From: an uncultured Verrucomicrobiae bacterium
Lineage (GTDB): Bacteria; Verrucomicrobiota; Verrucomicrobiia; Chthoniobacterales; JAFAMB01
DNA: 64,000 nt
Direction of reading: 5' to 3'
Assembly: GCA_963837955.1 (NCBI GenBank)
Contig: CAWIPH010000002.1
Location: 3,968,001 to 4,032,000, forward strand
Within the stretch, counting starts at the first letter, position 1; each line of letters starts with the position of its first letter. The translations under genes and the position numbers were made by a program. Shown here piece by piece: positions 48,879-59,592 of this stretch. A model generated the notes under the pieces. The model was not told the origin of the DNA and ran no database searches. It saw only the letters and a program-made list of their open reading frames with translations.

Positions 48879-50234
48879 GTGAGAATTCTATTTCTATTCT
48901 CTTCCGTGCTGATCAGTGGGTGCATGGCCTATCACTCGCTCCCGCTGTCACATGCCGGCGTAGAACGAAAACTCCGGGAAAGAAGCTTGAATGCGCTCGA
49001 GGTAGATGCAACTCAGCTTCATCATCCGCTGCTGCCACCGATAACCATGAATTCTAAACACGGTATCGGGCCCGACCAGGCCGCAGTCTTGTCGGTGTTG
49101 CTTAGCCCGAAACTGGTAGCCGAGCGCGACCGCCGGGGTTTAGCTCAGGCGCAGCTCGTCCAGGCCGGTATTTTGCCGAACCCTTCGGTCGGTATAACGC
49201 GGGATTTTGTTACGGGTGGCTTTACCACGGGAGCGTTCTCGCCTTACGGATTTACCGGAAGCTGGGACGTTTCATCTCTGGTAAGCCACGGAGCGAAAGT
49301 GAAAGCGGCCCGCGAGAATGTCGATGCCATCAGCCTCGATGTTGCCTGGGCAGAGTGGCAAACGGCTGAAGGAGCCAAACTCGCGTTCTACCGGGTCCTG
49401 TCTTTAGAATCTCAGCTGAGTCGAGCGAAGCAAATTGACGACGATCAACAAGCCACCGTCTCGGCACTTCAATCGGCCGTCGATCGCCACGAGAAAAGTG
49501 TAGTCGATTTAGCCGCCGCTCAGGCCGCTCGGCAAGACTCCTTGGCTACCGTTCTCACCCTTCAACAAGAGTTGGATCAGAGACAGTTGGCGCTGAAAAG
49601 GGCAATTGGATTTTTGCCTCAAGCTCAGCTGCCAATTCGGCGTGATTTCGCTCTCCCCTCTTCCATCTCGCCACCCTCAGAAAAAGAGTTAGTTGCGAGC
49701 CTCGAAAATCAGCGATTGGATTTAGTAGGTCTGCGTCAGGGTTATCAAAGCCAAGAGGAAACTGTCCGGGCCGCGATTCTTGCTCAATTTCCAAAAGTGG
49801 CACTCGGGTTCACCCATGGCAGCGACGCTTCCAACGTACATACCACCGGATTTGGTATTACGTTCGATTTGCCGATTTTCGATCGGAACCAAGGAGCGAT
49901 TGCGACAGAACAAGCGACGCGTCAGAAGCTTTACGACGAATATACCAATCGGGTTTTTGAAGCTCATTCCGATATCGCGTCGGCCTTTGCTGATATCCGT
50001 TCGCTTAATCAGCAAATTGCTACCGCCCAAGCCGCTCTCCCAGTTTTTCAGCGCCTCGTCGAGACCGCGAAATCTGCTTTGGATGAGGGCTCTGCTGACG
50101 TACTCGGCTACTTTCAAGCTCGGGTTAACCTGAACCAGCGAAGTCTACAGATTCTCAAATTGAAGCAACAATTGATCGAAGCGAAAAGCGCGCTTGAACT
50201 CGGCTCAGGCAGGTATCTCCCGGCGGGCAACTAG
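48879..50234 (+). CDS. TolC-family outer membrane efflux lipoprotein
   Basis: Lipobox ISGC, AGILPNP, LPIFDRNQG; GTG start inferred. Confidence 0.88.
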   Translation: MRILFLFSSVLISGCMAYHSLPLSHAGVERKLRERSLNALEVDATQLHHPLLPPITMNSKHGIGPDQAAVLSVLLSPKLVAERDRRGLAQAQLVQAGILPNPSVGITRDFVTGGFTTGAFSPYGFTGSWDVSSLVSHGAKVKAARENVDAISLDVAWAEWQTAEGAKLAFYRVLSLESQLSRAKQIDDDQQATVSALQSAVDRHEKSVVDLAAAQAARQDSLATVLTLQQELDQRQLALKRAIGFLPQAQLPIRRDFALPSSISPPSEKELVASLENQRLDLVGLRQGYQSQEETVRAAILAQFPKVALGFTHGSDASNVHTTGFGITFDLPIFDRNQGAIATEQATRQKLYDEYTNRVFEAHSDIASAFADIRSLNQQIATAQAALPVFQRLVETAKSALDEGSADVLGYFQARVNLNQRSLQILKLKQQLIEAKSALELGSGRYLPAGN

Positions 50235-50251
50235 AGAAGAACAGCAACACT

Positions 50252-51343
50252 ATGATTAAGAAGTCATCAGTAATTTTCATCCTCGTCGCGTTAGTCGCGG
50301 CGATCGCCGGATATTGCTTGAGCAGAAACGTCGGAAAGAATGCGTCAGAATCAGGAGATGCTCAGGGAGGAGCAATTGAGGAGTCCAAGCCAGTTGCTCA
50401 AGTCGAGACCGCTGCTGTCGAACACAAACTAATTTCTGAGACTCTCACGGCGTACGGCGGAGTTGTGGCCGCTCCGGGCAAAACTCATTTCGTCGCCGTT
50501 TCTTTCGAAAGCCGGGTTAAACACATTCTGGTGAGCGCAGGCCAAGTCGTTAATAAAGGAGACATCTTGCTGCAGATCGAGGGGACTGCCGCGAGTCTCC
50601 TGCAGTTGCGACAGGCAGAAGGCACCAATGCAGAAGCTCGCAGAGAGCTCGAGCAAATTAAGAGGCGCTTTGAGCTGAAACTTGCCACGAACCAAGAACT
50701 CTATCAGGCCGAGAAGGCTGCAGCGGATGCGGATTTGCTGCTAGAGAGCCTTCGCAAACAAGGTGTCGCTTCCGCGAGTGAGATTCGCTCCGATAGCGCC
50801 GGAATTGTGGCCAAGGTGGATGTGGAAGAGGGACAGGTTGCCGCTGGCGGAAGCCCGCTGATTGAGATCGTCCCAGCCGATGATGTCGCAGTGAAGTTGG
50901 GTGCAGAACCGGAAGATATAGCGAAGATCGCTCCCGGCCAAAAAGTCACTATCTCGATGGTGAACGATCCGGGATCACCGGCCGTCGAAGGCACCGTTCG
51001 CCTCGTGACTCAACGAGTTAACCCGGCCGATCGCCTAGTCGATGTGTACGTTTCCTTACCACCGGGAACTCGACTCCTCTTGGCAGCTTACGTTCGTGGG
51101 GAGATCGCCATTACTTCTCGCGAAACGTGGGTTGTGCCGAGGGCGGCTGTTTTGCCCGACGACTCCGCTTTCACGCTCTATTTGGCTCAAAACGACCGAG
51201 CAATTGAAAGGAAAGTGAAGCTCGGACTGGAAACCGCCACCGAGGTAGAGATCCTCGATGCCGTCCTCAAAGAAGGAGATCGCGTTGTCACCGTCGGGAA
51301 TCGCGAACTCAGCGACGGAATGGAGATCAAGGAATCGAAATGA
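50252..51343 (+). CDS. RND efflux periplasmic adaptor subunit
   Basis: V..GQVVNKGDILL lipoyl-like motif, VPRAAV, LKEGDRVV. Confidence 0.9.
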   Translation: MIKKSSVIFILVALVAAIAGYCLSRNVGKNASESGDAQGGAIEESKPVAQVETAAVEHKLISETLTAYGGVVAAPGKTHFVAVSFESRVKHILVSAGQVVNKGDILLQIEGTAASLLQLRQAEGTNAEARRELEQIKRRFELKLATNQELYQAEKAAADADLLLESLRKQGVASASEIRSDSAGIVAKVDVEEGQVAAGGSPLIEIVPADDVAVKLGAEPEDIAKIAPGQKVTISMVNDPGSPAVEGTVRLVTQRVNPADRLVDVYVSLPPGTRLLLAAYVRGEIAITSRETWVVPRAAVLPDDSAFTLYLAQNDRAIERKVKLGLETATEVEILDAVLKEGDRVVTVGNRELSDGMEIKESK

Positions 51344-54300
51344 ATTTCACGGATTGGACCTTTCGTCATTCTCGCTTCCTGCTATCGCTGCTCGCGGTAT
51401 TTGCCATAGCAGGGGCGACTTGTGGCCTTTGGTTGCCAGTCGCTCTCTTTCCTCAAGTAAGCTTCCCTCGCATTCGCATCAATTTAGATGCGGGTGACCG
51501 GCCGGCCGAACGGATGGCGATCGAAGTAACTACGCCAGTCGAAAATTCGGTCCGTTCGATTCCTGGTGTCCGAACACTTCGATCCACCACGAGTCGAGGA
51601 AGCGCAGAGATTTCGATAAATTTTGATTGGGGCGAAGATATGATCGCCGCCCTGCTCCAAGTGGAATCGCAGGTGAACAAGGTGTTACCGACGCTCCCTC
51701 CTGGAACAACCTTCAACGTGATCCGAATGGATCCCACCGTATTTCCGGTGATTGCCTACAGTATCACTTCCGATACACATTCTTTAGCCGAACTCAGGGA
51801 CCTGGCCCAATACTCGCTGCGACCCGCTTTGGCGACAGTAACTGGTGTGGCGCAGGTCGGTGTGCAAGGTGGAAAGGTAGAGGAATACGAGGTCGTCGTA
51901 AACCTGCCGAAGCTGCAATCCTCTGGTTTGAGTTTCAATGATGTGGCTAATGCACTGACCGCCGCCAATGTGCTTGTGGCCACCGGTCGAGTTGAACAAT
52001 ACGGCAAGCTTTACCTCGTCATATCGGATACGCGCTTTCAGACCTTTGCCGACATCAGCAAGACGATTCTTAAGTCCGGCCCGGACGGAACGGTTTTGTT
52101 GACCGATGTAGCCACAATCCAACCGTCAAGCGAGCCGCAATGGATCCGGGTCACTGCGGATGGCCACGATGCCGTCCTCTTCCAGGTCTACCAGCAACCT
52201 GGTGGCAACACCGTTCAGATCGCGCAAGGAATCAAGGCAAAGTTACAAAGCTTGCAAAAGCAGATCCCGGAAGGAGTGCGGATTGCTAGCTGGTACGATC
52301 AAAGCGATTTGATCCTTGGTTCAACCAATAGCGCGCGAGATTGCGTCCTCATCGGGGTCGTTCTGGCAGCCTGCGTTCTGTTTTTCTTTCTGCGAAACTG
52401 GAAGATAACTCTCTTCGCCGCGATCGCGGTGCCGTCCGTTCTGTGTGCCACGATACTTCTTTTGTACGTCTTCAAAATGAGTTTCAACATCATGACGCTA
52501 GGCGGCCTGGCTGCAGCGGTTGGACTCATCATCGACGACACCATCGTCATGGCGGAGCACATTGTGCGACGAGTGCGTGAGCAACGAAGCGGCGCTCCCC
52601 AAAAAGCGGTGCTAATGGCGGCAGCGGAATTTACTCGGCCACTGGCCGGTTCGTCGGCAGCCACCATTATCATATTCGCGCCTCTCGCGTTCCTCTCCGG
52701 TGTCACCGGAGCCTTTTTTCAGGCGCTATCACTTACCATGGCGGCAAGTTTGGTCATCTCGTTCTTGGTCGCTTGGATAGCGCTGCCGATTATTTCGACT
52801 CGTCTATTCGCCGGGCGTGACGCACATCTCGACGACAGTGGCAAGATAACTCAAGCCATTCATCGAGGGTATGCGCATTTGATGCAGCCACTGTTACGAA
52901 TACCTGTCCTAATCATTCTTGCCCTGGTGCTGTTCCTCCTCGCTGGATATTTTGCGTTCTCCAGCGTGCAGTCTGGGTTCATGCCAGTGATGGATGAAGG
53001 AGGGTTTATTATTGACTACCGCGCACCACCAGGGACATCCCTGACCGAGACAGATCGCCTCATGCGCCAGGTCGAGACGATCGTTCAGAAGATTCCCGAG
53101 GTTCGGACCTATTCCCGACGCACCGGGCTTGGCTTGGGAGGTGATCTGAATGAAGCCAATCAGGGCGACTTTTTTGTGCGGCTAAAATCTGGCCCCCGAC
53201 GAGGCATTGAGGAGATTATGGATGACCTGCGCACGCAGGTGGCCCACAACGTACCAGGAGTTCAGCTTGAGACCGCCCAATTGATGGAAGACCTAATTGG
53301 CGATCTCACGAGCGTACCCCAGCCGGTAGAAATCAAATTGTTCTCCGATGACGAGACGGTTTTGCAGAAATTAGCGCCCAAAGTCGCCGAAGCGATCAGC
53401 GCTGTGCCGGGAATTGTTGAAGTAAAGAATGGAATCACGCCGGCCGGTGATGCTCTCGAGATTCGCGTCGATCGCGTCAAAGCAGCTTTGGAGGGTGTTG
53501 ATGCCGATTCCATAACCAAGACACTGGACGGTTATCTTTCCGGCGCCGTGACAACGAAAATACTGCATGGTCCGAAGCTGGTATCGGTCCGCCTCTGGAC
53601 GCCGAAGGACGGTCGAGCAACCGATCGAGACTTAGCTAATTTGCTCTTGCCGGCTCCAGACGGTCATCTTTTTCCGCTCAAACGGGTGGCCACATTCGAA
53701 ACGGTTTCCGGTCAACCGCAGATCACTCGAGAAGATTCGCGCAGAATGATAGCAGTCACCGCGCGAATCAGTGGGCGTGATCTTGGCTCGACCGTGCATG
53801 ATGTGCAGCGCGTGCTTGATAAGGCGGGCTTGTTGCCGGCCAACCTGCCTTACACTCTCGGAGGTTTATACGAACAACAACAGATCGCTTTCCAGGGACT
53901 AACGGTCGTCCTGGTTGCCGCGATTGTTCTGGTCCTTTTGTTGCTTCTGTTTCTCTATGAGAGCTATAGCGTGGCCATCTCGATGTTGATCACAACATTG
54001 CTGGCAGTCGCTGGCGTTTACATCGGTCTCTGGGCAACAGGCACCGAGATCAATATTACCTCGCGAATGGGCATGACGATGATCGTAGGGATCGTTACTG
54101 AGGTCGCCATCTTTTACTATTCGGAGTTTCAGGAGATTGGAGAGCAGGAGAACCGGTTTATTGTCGCAGGCATCAACCGGATGCGTCCGATCGCAATGAC
54201 TACATTTGCGGCAATTCTTGCTTTGCTTCCTTTGGCTTTAGGTATCGGCGAAGGATCTGCCATGCTGAAACCACTAGCGATCGCGATAATTTCAGGTCTC

Positions 54301-54420
54301 GTGTTCCAGCTTCCTTTAGTGCTTATCGTGCTCCCGTGTCTTCTCGCGCTCTTCCGGCGTAATCCGAAAGGAAAAGGATGGAAAGCTCGCCCCGAACCGG
54401 TTCCGGTGACGGCTGGCTAG
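51340..54420 (+). CDS. RND efflux permease (AcrB/CusA superfamily)
   Basis: GLIIDDTIVMAE (TM4), RMRPIAMTT, 12 TM + two periplasmic loops. Confidence 0.95.
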   Translation: MNFTDWTFRHSRFLLSLLAVFAIAGATCGLWLPVALFPQVSFPRIRINLDAGDRPAERMAIEVTTPVENSVRSIPGVRTLRSTTSRGSAEISINFDWGEDMIAALLQVESQVNKVLPTLPPGTTFNVIRMDPTVFPVIAYSITSDTHSLAELRDLAQYSLRPALATVTGVAQVGVQGGKVEEYEVVVNLPKLQSSGLSFNDVANALTAANVLVATGRVEQYGKLYLVISDTRFQTFADISKTILKSGPDGTVLLTDVATIQPSSEPQWIRVTADGHDAVLFQVYQQPGGNTVQIAQGIKAKLQSLQKQIPEGVRIASWYDQSDLILGSTNSARDCVLIGVVLAACVLFFFLRNWKITLFAAIAVPSVLCATILLLYVFKMSFNIMTLGGLAAAVGLIIDDTIVMAEHIVRRVREQRSGAPQKAVLMAAAEFTRPLAGSSAATIIIFAPLAFLSGVTGAFFQALSLTMAASLVISFLVAWIALPIISTRLFAGRDAHLDDSGKITQAIHRGYAHLMQPLLRIPVLIILALVLFLLAGYFAFSSVQSGFMPVMDEGGFIIDYRAPPGTSLTETDRLMRQVETIVQKIPEVRTYSRRTGLGLGGDLNEANQGDFFVRLKSGPRRGIEEIMDDLRTQVAHNVPGVQLETAQLMEDLIGDLTSVPQPVEIKLFSDDETVLQKLAPKVAEAISAVPGIVEVKNGITPAGDALEIRVDRVKAALEGVDADSITKTLDGYLSGAVTTKILHGPKLVSVRLWTPKDGRATDRDLANLLLPAPDGHLFPLKRVATFETVSGQPQITREDSRRMIAVTARISGRDLGSTVHDVQRVLDKAGLLPANLPYTLGGLYEQQQIAFQGLTVVLVAAIVLVLLLLLFLYESYSVAISMLITTLLAVAGVYIGLWATGTEINITSRMGMTMIVGIVTEVAIFYYSEFQEIGEQENRFIVAGINRMRPIAMTTFAAILALLPLALGIGEGSAMLKPLAIAIISGLVFQLPLVLIVLPCLLALFRRNPKGKGWKARPEPVPVTAG

Positions 54421-54485
54421 CGAATAATTGCAAACAGACGGTGGTCTACCAGAAATTAGAGACAAAAGATCAATCGGCGATCTAT

Positions 54486-55160
54486 ATGAGAATCTTAGTT
54501 GTTGAGGACGAAAAGAAGATCGCACTCTTTGTCCAAAAAGGCCTAAAGGAATGCGGCTTCGTGGTGGATGTTTTGCATCGAGGTGACGAGGCTTTGGATG
54601 TCATTCTTGCTCACCATTTTGAAGCGATCGTTCTCGATATTATGCTTCCCGGTCAAGACGGCCTTCGCATACTCCGAACGCTTCGCGAAAACTCGAACTT
54701 CGTTCCGGTCCTGTTGCTGACAGCTAGGGGAGATGTCGCCGAGAAGGTCGAAGGCCTCGATCTGGGGGCTGACGATTACCTGGCGAAGCCGTTTTCTATC
54801 GCGGAGCTCGCAGCTCGTCTTCGCGCGCTCGCGCGTCGAGGATCAGGAGAACAGTTTGCTCGTTATCGAGTAAGTAATCTGGTGCTCGACCCGGCCACCA
54901 GGACCATCCGGCGCGGAGAACGACGTATCGAACTAACCAGCAGAGAGTTTTCCCTCCTTGAGTGCCTGATGCGATCACCAAATCGCGTTTTCACCCGTAC
55001 TCAACTTTCGCAGCAGGTGTGGGAATACGAATTTTGTCCGGACAGCAACCTGGTTGATGTCTACGTGCAAAGGCTTCGACGGAAGATTGACGATGGCGAG
55101 TCCCAAAAACTGATCCAGACAGTCCGCGGAGCTGGCTATCGAATCGGAGAAGGTGTGTGA
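54486..55160 (+). CDS. OmpR-family response regulator (CusR/CzcR-like)
   Basis: ILVVEDE, LDIMLPG, GADDYLAKPF, TVRGAGY. Confidence 0.95.
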   Translation: MRILVVEDEKKIALFVQKGLKECGFVVDVLHRGDEALDVILAHHFEAIVLDIMLPGQDGLRILRTLRENSNFVPVLLLTARGDVAEKVEGLDLGADDYLAKPFSIAELAARLRALARRGSGEQFARYRVSNLVLDPATRTIRRGERRIELTSREFSLLECLMRSPNRVFTRTQLSQQVWEYEFCPDSNLVDVYVQRLRRKIDDGESQKLIQTVRGAGYRIGEGV

Positions 55161-56317
55161 AGGACTGGCCCTTAAGAAGTCGGTTGGCATTGTGGACCGC
55201 TGTATTGCTGACCGTCGAACTCGCTATCTTTGGGATCGCATCGGGTTGGTTAATTTTGCAAAACCAAATTGACGCCTTTCGCGAACTTGATGGACAACCG
55301 CTCAAGGCGACCTCGGTTGAAGAAGAGACTCAAGAGCTGCTAGTCAAGCTGGTTGTGGCAGACCTGACCGCACTGCCATTGACGGTACTCGTGGCTGCTT
55401 TCGGCGTTTGGTGGACGACCGGCAAGGCGCTGAAACCATTGCAAGATATAGCCGACGGCGCCGAGGGAATTCACGCAAAAGCTTTACGCAATCGAATACC
55501 GAATCCGCCGGCGCACGACGAGATCGGACGATTGGTGTCCGTTCTGAATGAAACATTTGACCGCTTGGAACGCAGTTTCGCTCAAGCTACACGGTTTTCG
55601 AGCGATGCCTCGCACGAGCTCAAAACGCCGTTGACAATCATGCGCGGTGAGATCGAATCCGCTTTGTCTAGCTATTCGACTGATCCGCAAATCGAGAAAC
55701 TGCTCGAGAGTCTCCTGCAACAGACTCATCGCCTATCGGCGATTGTCGAAAATTTGCTTTTGCTCTCGCGGGCTGACGCCGGCGCCCTCAATCTTCGGAA
55801 AAAAACCGTCGATTTTTCAGAACTCTGCGAGGAGCTGGCTGCAGACGCCGAGATCCTGGCTCTGCAGCGCAACATAGACATCTACTCCCGAGTCGCGAAC
55901 GAGGTTCAAGTGCTGGCCGATGAATGGTATCTGCGAAGGCTCCTGCTCAATCTTTTGGACAACGCCATCAAGTACAACCTCTATTCGGGAAAGATCGAAA
56001 TCTCATTGGCGAAGTCCGGAGATCTCGCTTTGTTCCGAATCGCAAACACTGGTCCGGAAATTTCGGAAGAACATCAAACCCGGATTTTTGAACGATTTTA
56101 TCGTACCGAAACCAGCCGGGCCTCAGATGTCGTCGGTTCCGGTTTGGGCCTGAGTATTTGTCGAGAAATCGTTCTCGCTCATCAAGGTCGAATCTGGATG
56201 GAACGATCCAGGCCTGGCTGGACAGCGTTTGTCGTAAACCTTCCGCTCGCCATTCCGGAACATGAGTTAGCTCGTACTCCTCATGACCGAAGCGGTGAGA
56301 ATGATCTGCCGAAGTAA
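55157..56317 (+). CDS. HAMP sensor histidine kinase (CusS-like)
   Basis: DASHELKTPL H-box, NLLDNAIKY, GSGLGLSI. Confidence 0.95.
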   Translation: MKDWPLRSRLALWTAVLLTVELAIFGIASGWLILQNQIDAFRELDGQPLKATSVEEETQELLVKLVVADLTALPLTVLVAAFGVWWTTGKALKPLQDIADGAEGIHAKALRNRIPNPPAHDEIGRLVSVLNETFDRLERSFAQATRFSSDASHELKTPLTIMRGEIESALSSYSTDPQIEKLLESLLQQTHRLSAIVENLLLLSRADAGALNLRKKTVDFSELCEELAADAEILALQRNIDIYSRVANEVQVLADEWYLRRLLLNLLDNAIKYNLYSGKIEISLAKSGDLALFRIANTGPEISEEHQTRIFERFYRTETSRASDVVGSGLGLSICREIVLAHQGRIWMERSRPGWTAFVVNLPLAIPEHELARTPHDRSGENDLPK

Positions 56318-56344
56318 GTAAAATGTTTTGAAATAGAAGGAAGA

Positions 56345-56374
56345 AAAAGGGAGCAAAGGCGGAAGCTCCCTTTT
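56345..56374 (+). terminator. Putative intrinsic terminator
   Basis: aaaagggagc-N10-gctccctttt after the kinase stop. Confidence 0.5.
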
Positions 56375-56434
56375 GTCAGTGGTCGTCTGTCGTTTGCTCT
56401 GCTGGGGTACGCATTCTGCTGATCCAACGCTCGA

Positions 56435-57901
56435 ATGAGCTTACCTGGATCTCAGACATCGCTCCGGCCCAACTATCTCTCCCGACTCGAGAATGTTGCC
56501 CAATCGCTCGGTGTGATGGCGCCGACCGGAACACTCGGTGTCATCATTCCTCTCCTTGTCGGCAAAGCCGGGAATGGGACCTGGCTTGTTCTGCTTATCA
56601 TCATGGTTGCGTATGGTTTGATCCTCCTTTGTATCAACCAATTCGCTGGCCGGTGTGTCTCTGCCGGCTCCCTTGCTACCTACGCGAGACTTGGACTAGG
56701 TAGATGGGGTGGAGTTATCACCGGTTGGGCCTATGTCATCGCGATGACCTTCGGGCTCGCCAGCTCTGCTCCTTCGGCTGGGTACTATCTTGACGTTGTC
56801 TTTCGGCAGGCTTTTGGAGGAGGTCCAGACCAAATCCGAGCCGTTGTGCTCACCTCGTTGGTGGTTCTAGCGTCTTGGTGGACCGCCCATCGCGATATCA
56901 AACTCTCGACCAAACTCATGTTGGGTATCGAATGGACTTCCATTTGCATCATGGTGCTTATCGTGGGAATCGCGATGTTTCGATCAAATCGGTGGATCGA
57001 TCGTTCGCAGCTTCATTTGACCGGAATCACGCCGAGCGGTCTTCAGCTTGGGCTGGTCTTCGGCTTTATGGCTTTCGCCGGCGCTGAGAGCGTTACTGCT
57101 CTAGGGGAAGAATCCAAAAACGCGAAAAGGATAGTACCAAAGGTAATCATAGGTTGTCTGATTCCTGTAGGAATTCTGCATATCGTTATGAGTTACTGCA
57201 TGGTGGCCTATGCTCACGGGCATTCACTCTCTCTCGATCAGCTCGACGCGCCGTTCGACACCATTGCTAACTCATTGAATATCCCGATCTTGGGCGGCCT
57301 TAGCTCGATCGGCATTGCCATGAGCTATTTCGCCTGTTCGCTGGGGTCCCTCAATGCGGCTGCCCGAGTTCTTTTCTCGATGTCCAAACAGCAGTTCTTC
57401 TTAAAATCATTCGGAACGGTCCATCCTATCAATTTCACGCCGGCCCGAACGATCGCCGCTGTTTCCGTGATTGGCCTAGTTTCGCCCGCTCTTTTGTTGA
57501 CCTTCAACTATACGCTTACAGATTGTATCAACTATCTGACCCAACTGGCTTCGTTTGGCTGTATTGCTGCCTACTTTGCCGTTTGCCTCGCAACACCATT
57601 CTACCTCTTTACCAAGAAAATACTTCGGCCCTCTATTCTAACGATTGCCGTGATCTCGTTGTTGGTGTTGGGATTCATTCTCGTCTTTAGTGTAATCCCT
57701 GTGCCTCCGCCGCCGTGGTCGTTTTTGCCTTATATTTTCTTGGTGATGGTAGCTATGGGCGTAGTTCTCTCCGTGTTTTGCGGACGCAAGATGGGAACGG
57801 ACGGCGGCCAGGAAGACGTGTATGCGGTATCCGCCCCGGCAGACGACGTCACGCTGGTAGGGCGAAACACGTCGTTGAGCGACAGCGAGACGAACGTGTG
57901 A
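56435..57901 (+). CDS. APC family amino acid/polyamine permease
   Basis: QSLGVMAPT, SAGSLATY, FAGAES..LGEESKN, 12 TM. Confidence 0.9.
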   Translation: MSLPGSQTSLRPNYLSRLENVAQSLGVMAPTGTLGVIIPLLVGKAGNGTWLVLLIIMVAYGLILLCINQFAGRCVSAGSLATYARLGLGRWGGVITGWAYVIAMTFGLASSAPSAGYYLDVVFRQAFGGGPDQIRAVVLTSLVVLASWWTAHRDIKLSTKLMLGIEWTSICIMVLIVGIAMFRSNRWIDRSQLHLTGITPSGLQLGLVFGFMAFAGAESVTALGEESKNAKRIVPKVIIGCLIPVGILHIVMSYCMVAYAHGHSLSLDQLDAPFDTIANSLNIPILGGLSSIGIAMSYFACSLGSLNAAARVLFSMSKQQFFLKSFGTVHPINFTPARTIAAVSVIGLVSPALLLTFNYTLTDCINYLTQLASFGCIAAYFAVCLATPFYLFTKKILRPSILTIAVISLLVLGFILVFSVIPVPPPPWSFLPYIFLVMVAMGVVLSVFCGRKMGTDGGQEDVYAVSAPADDVTLVGRNTSLSDSETNV

Positions 57902-57996
57902 GCCAACGAACTGCGCCGCGCAAGGCTCACAGTCCGGCGCTTAATCGAATCGTTTCGCCTTGCAATGCTTGCCGGACTGTTTCGCCCTGCCTGCGC

Positions 57997-59001
57997 TTAC
58001 TGCTGCACCAACGCCATCATGTCCGGCGTATAGCGTTCGCCGGCGACGGCAAATTCTCGAAAGCGGGCGTTGGTCTCCTTCAGATCATCTTTGGTGAGCT
58101 GCACTGCTAATGCACCCATGTTATCCTCCAAATAGCGCAGTCTCTTTGTACCGGGAATCGGCATCATATCGTTCCCCTGAGCCAACACCCAAGCCAAAGC
58201 AAACTGCGCGGGTGTACAACCCTTCTTCGCCGACAATTCCTTTACTGCGTCAGCCAATTTGATGTTGTTCTGCAACGCCTCCTCGGCGAAACGCGGATTG
58301 GTCCGCCGCCAGTCGGTCGGATCAAGATCCGATACTTTTTGGATTGCCCCGGTCAAAAACCCGCGACCTAACGGACTGTACGGCACGAAACCAATCCCAA
58401 GTTCCCGGCACGTCGCGAGTACGCCGTTTGTTTCCACTTCGCGGGACCAAAGTGAATATTCGCTTTGCAACGCCGCGATCGGATGCACTTTGGCTGCACG
58501 ACGTAAGGTTTCCGGGTTAGCTTCTGACAACCCGAGCGCCCGTACCTTACCCGCTGCCACCAGTTCCGCCATTGCCCCAACGGTTTCTTCGATCGGTACA
58601 TTAGGATCAACGCGATGCTGATAAAAGAGATCTATTACATCGATGCCGAGCCGGTGTAGACTCGCATCGCACGCGCGCCGGACGTTGGCGGGCGAACTAT
58701 CAGCCGTGCGGGTCTGATTCTCATCGAATTTGAATCCGAACTTCGTCGCGACCACCAGGCTGCCGCGCGGAACGTCGCGGAGAAAACGTCCAAGTAATTC
58801 TTCATTCTTGTACGGACCGTAGACTTCGGCGGTATCGAGGAAGTTGCCACCGAGTTCAAGATATCGATGAAGAACCCGCAGAGATTCGGCTTCATCGGCA
58901 GGTCCATAGGCGAAGGACATTCCCATACAACCCAGTCCAAGCGGTGAAACGGTGATACCAGAATTGCCGAGGGAACGGAAAGGAATAGATTTGTTTGTCA
59001 T
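57997..59001 (-). CDS. Aldo/keto reductase
   Basis: [37 protein letters not shown]. Confidence 0.95.
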   Translation of the reverse strand: MTNKSIPFRSLGNSGITVSPLGLGCMGMSFAYGPADEAESLRVLHRYLELGGNFLDTAEVYGPYKNEELLGRFLRDVPRGSLVVATKFGFKFDENQTRTADSSPANVRRACDASLHRLGIDVIDLFYQHRVDPNVPIEETVGAMAELVAAGKVRALGLSEANPETLRRAAKVHPIAALQSEYSLWSREVETNGVLATCRELGIGFVPYSPLGRGFLTGAIQKVSDLDPTDWRRTNPRFAEEALQNNIKLADAVKELSAKKGCTPAQFALAWVLAQGNDMMPIPGTKRLRYLEDNMGALAVQLTKDDLKETNARFREFAVAGERYTPDMMALVQQ

Positions 59002-59228
59002 AGCTTAATGTCAGCGTTTAAAGAACTTTACGTGTTTTGGTTTTGATTTCTGAGGTAAGAGAAAATGTGGTCTAAATCGGATGAAAGTAAGGATTCATTA
59101 TTCGAAAAGCCGGCCGTCTTCTGATTAGTAGCCGATGCGGCTTGGATCGACCTGGTACTCCTTACCGCTCTTTGTTTCTCTCAGCGAATTTGCGATGATT
59201 GATAATTCCGAGCGTCGTCCCGCACGGC

Positions 59229-59314
59229 TCCCCCCAATCGGCTCCGAAGGTGATTGTGCCGAGAGCAACTTCTGAGACTCTCAACCCACTGTTTCCGAGC
59301 AAGCGGTAGTTCAT
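59229..59314 (-). pseudogene. N-terminal remnant of a second aldo/keto reductase
   Basis: MNYRLLGNSGLRVSEVALGTITFGADWG, then homology is lost and an early stop follows. Confidence 0.75.
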
Positions 59315-59592
59315 TGGATTTTAGCGATTGAAAAGCGAAACATACGCAGCATATAGACTCGGGAGCTCCACCCGTTCGCCCCGCCCCCCTGCTCTCGCAG
59401 CCGGGTTGAATCCCCAGACAACGGAAAAGATCAAGGTCGCCACATTGAACAAGAAGTCTCTCTCACCTTTCGATTCTGAGATTGTTCTCATGAATCGAAT
59501 GTACTAAGGAATGAAAGAACCATCTCTCGGGCTCTTGCTCACCCTGTCGGACTTTTGCGCAAAAACGCTCATTCTCGCCTGAAGCTCGAATG

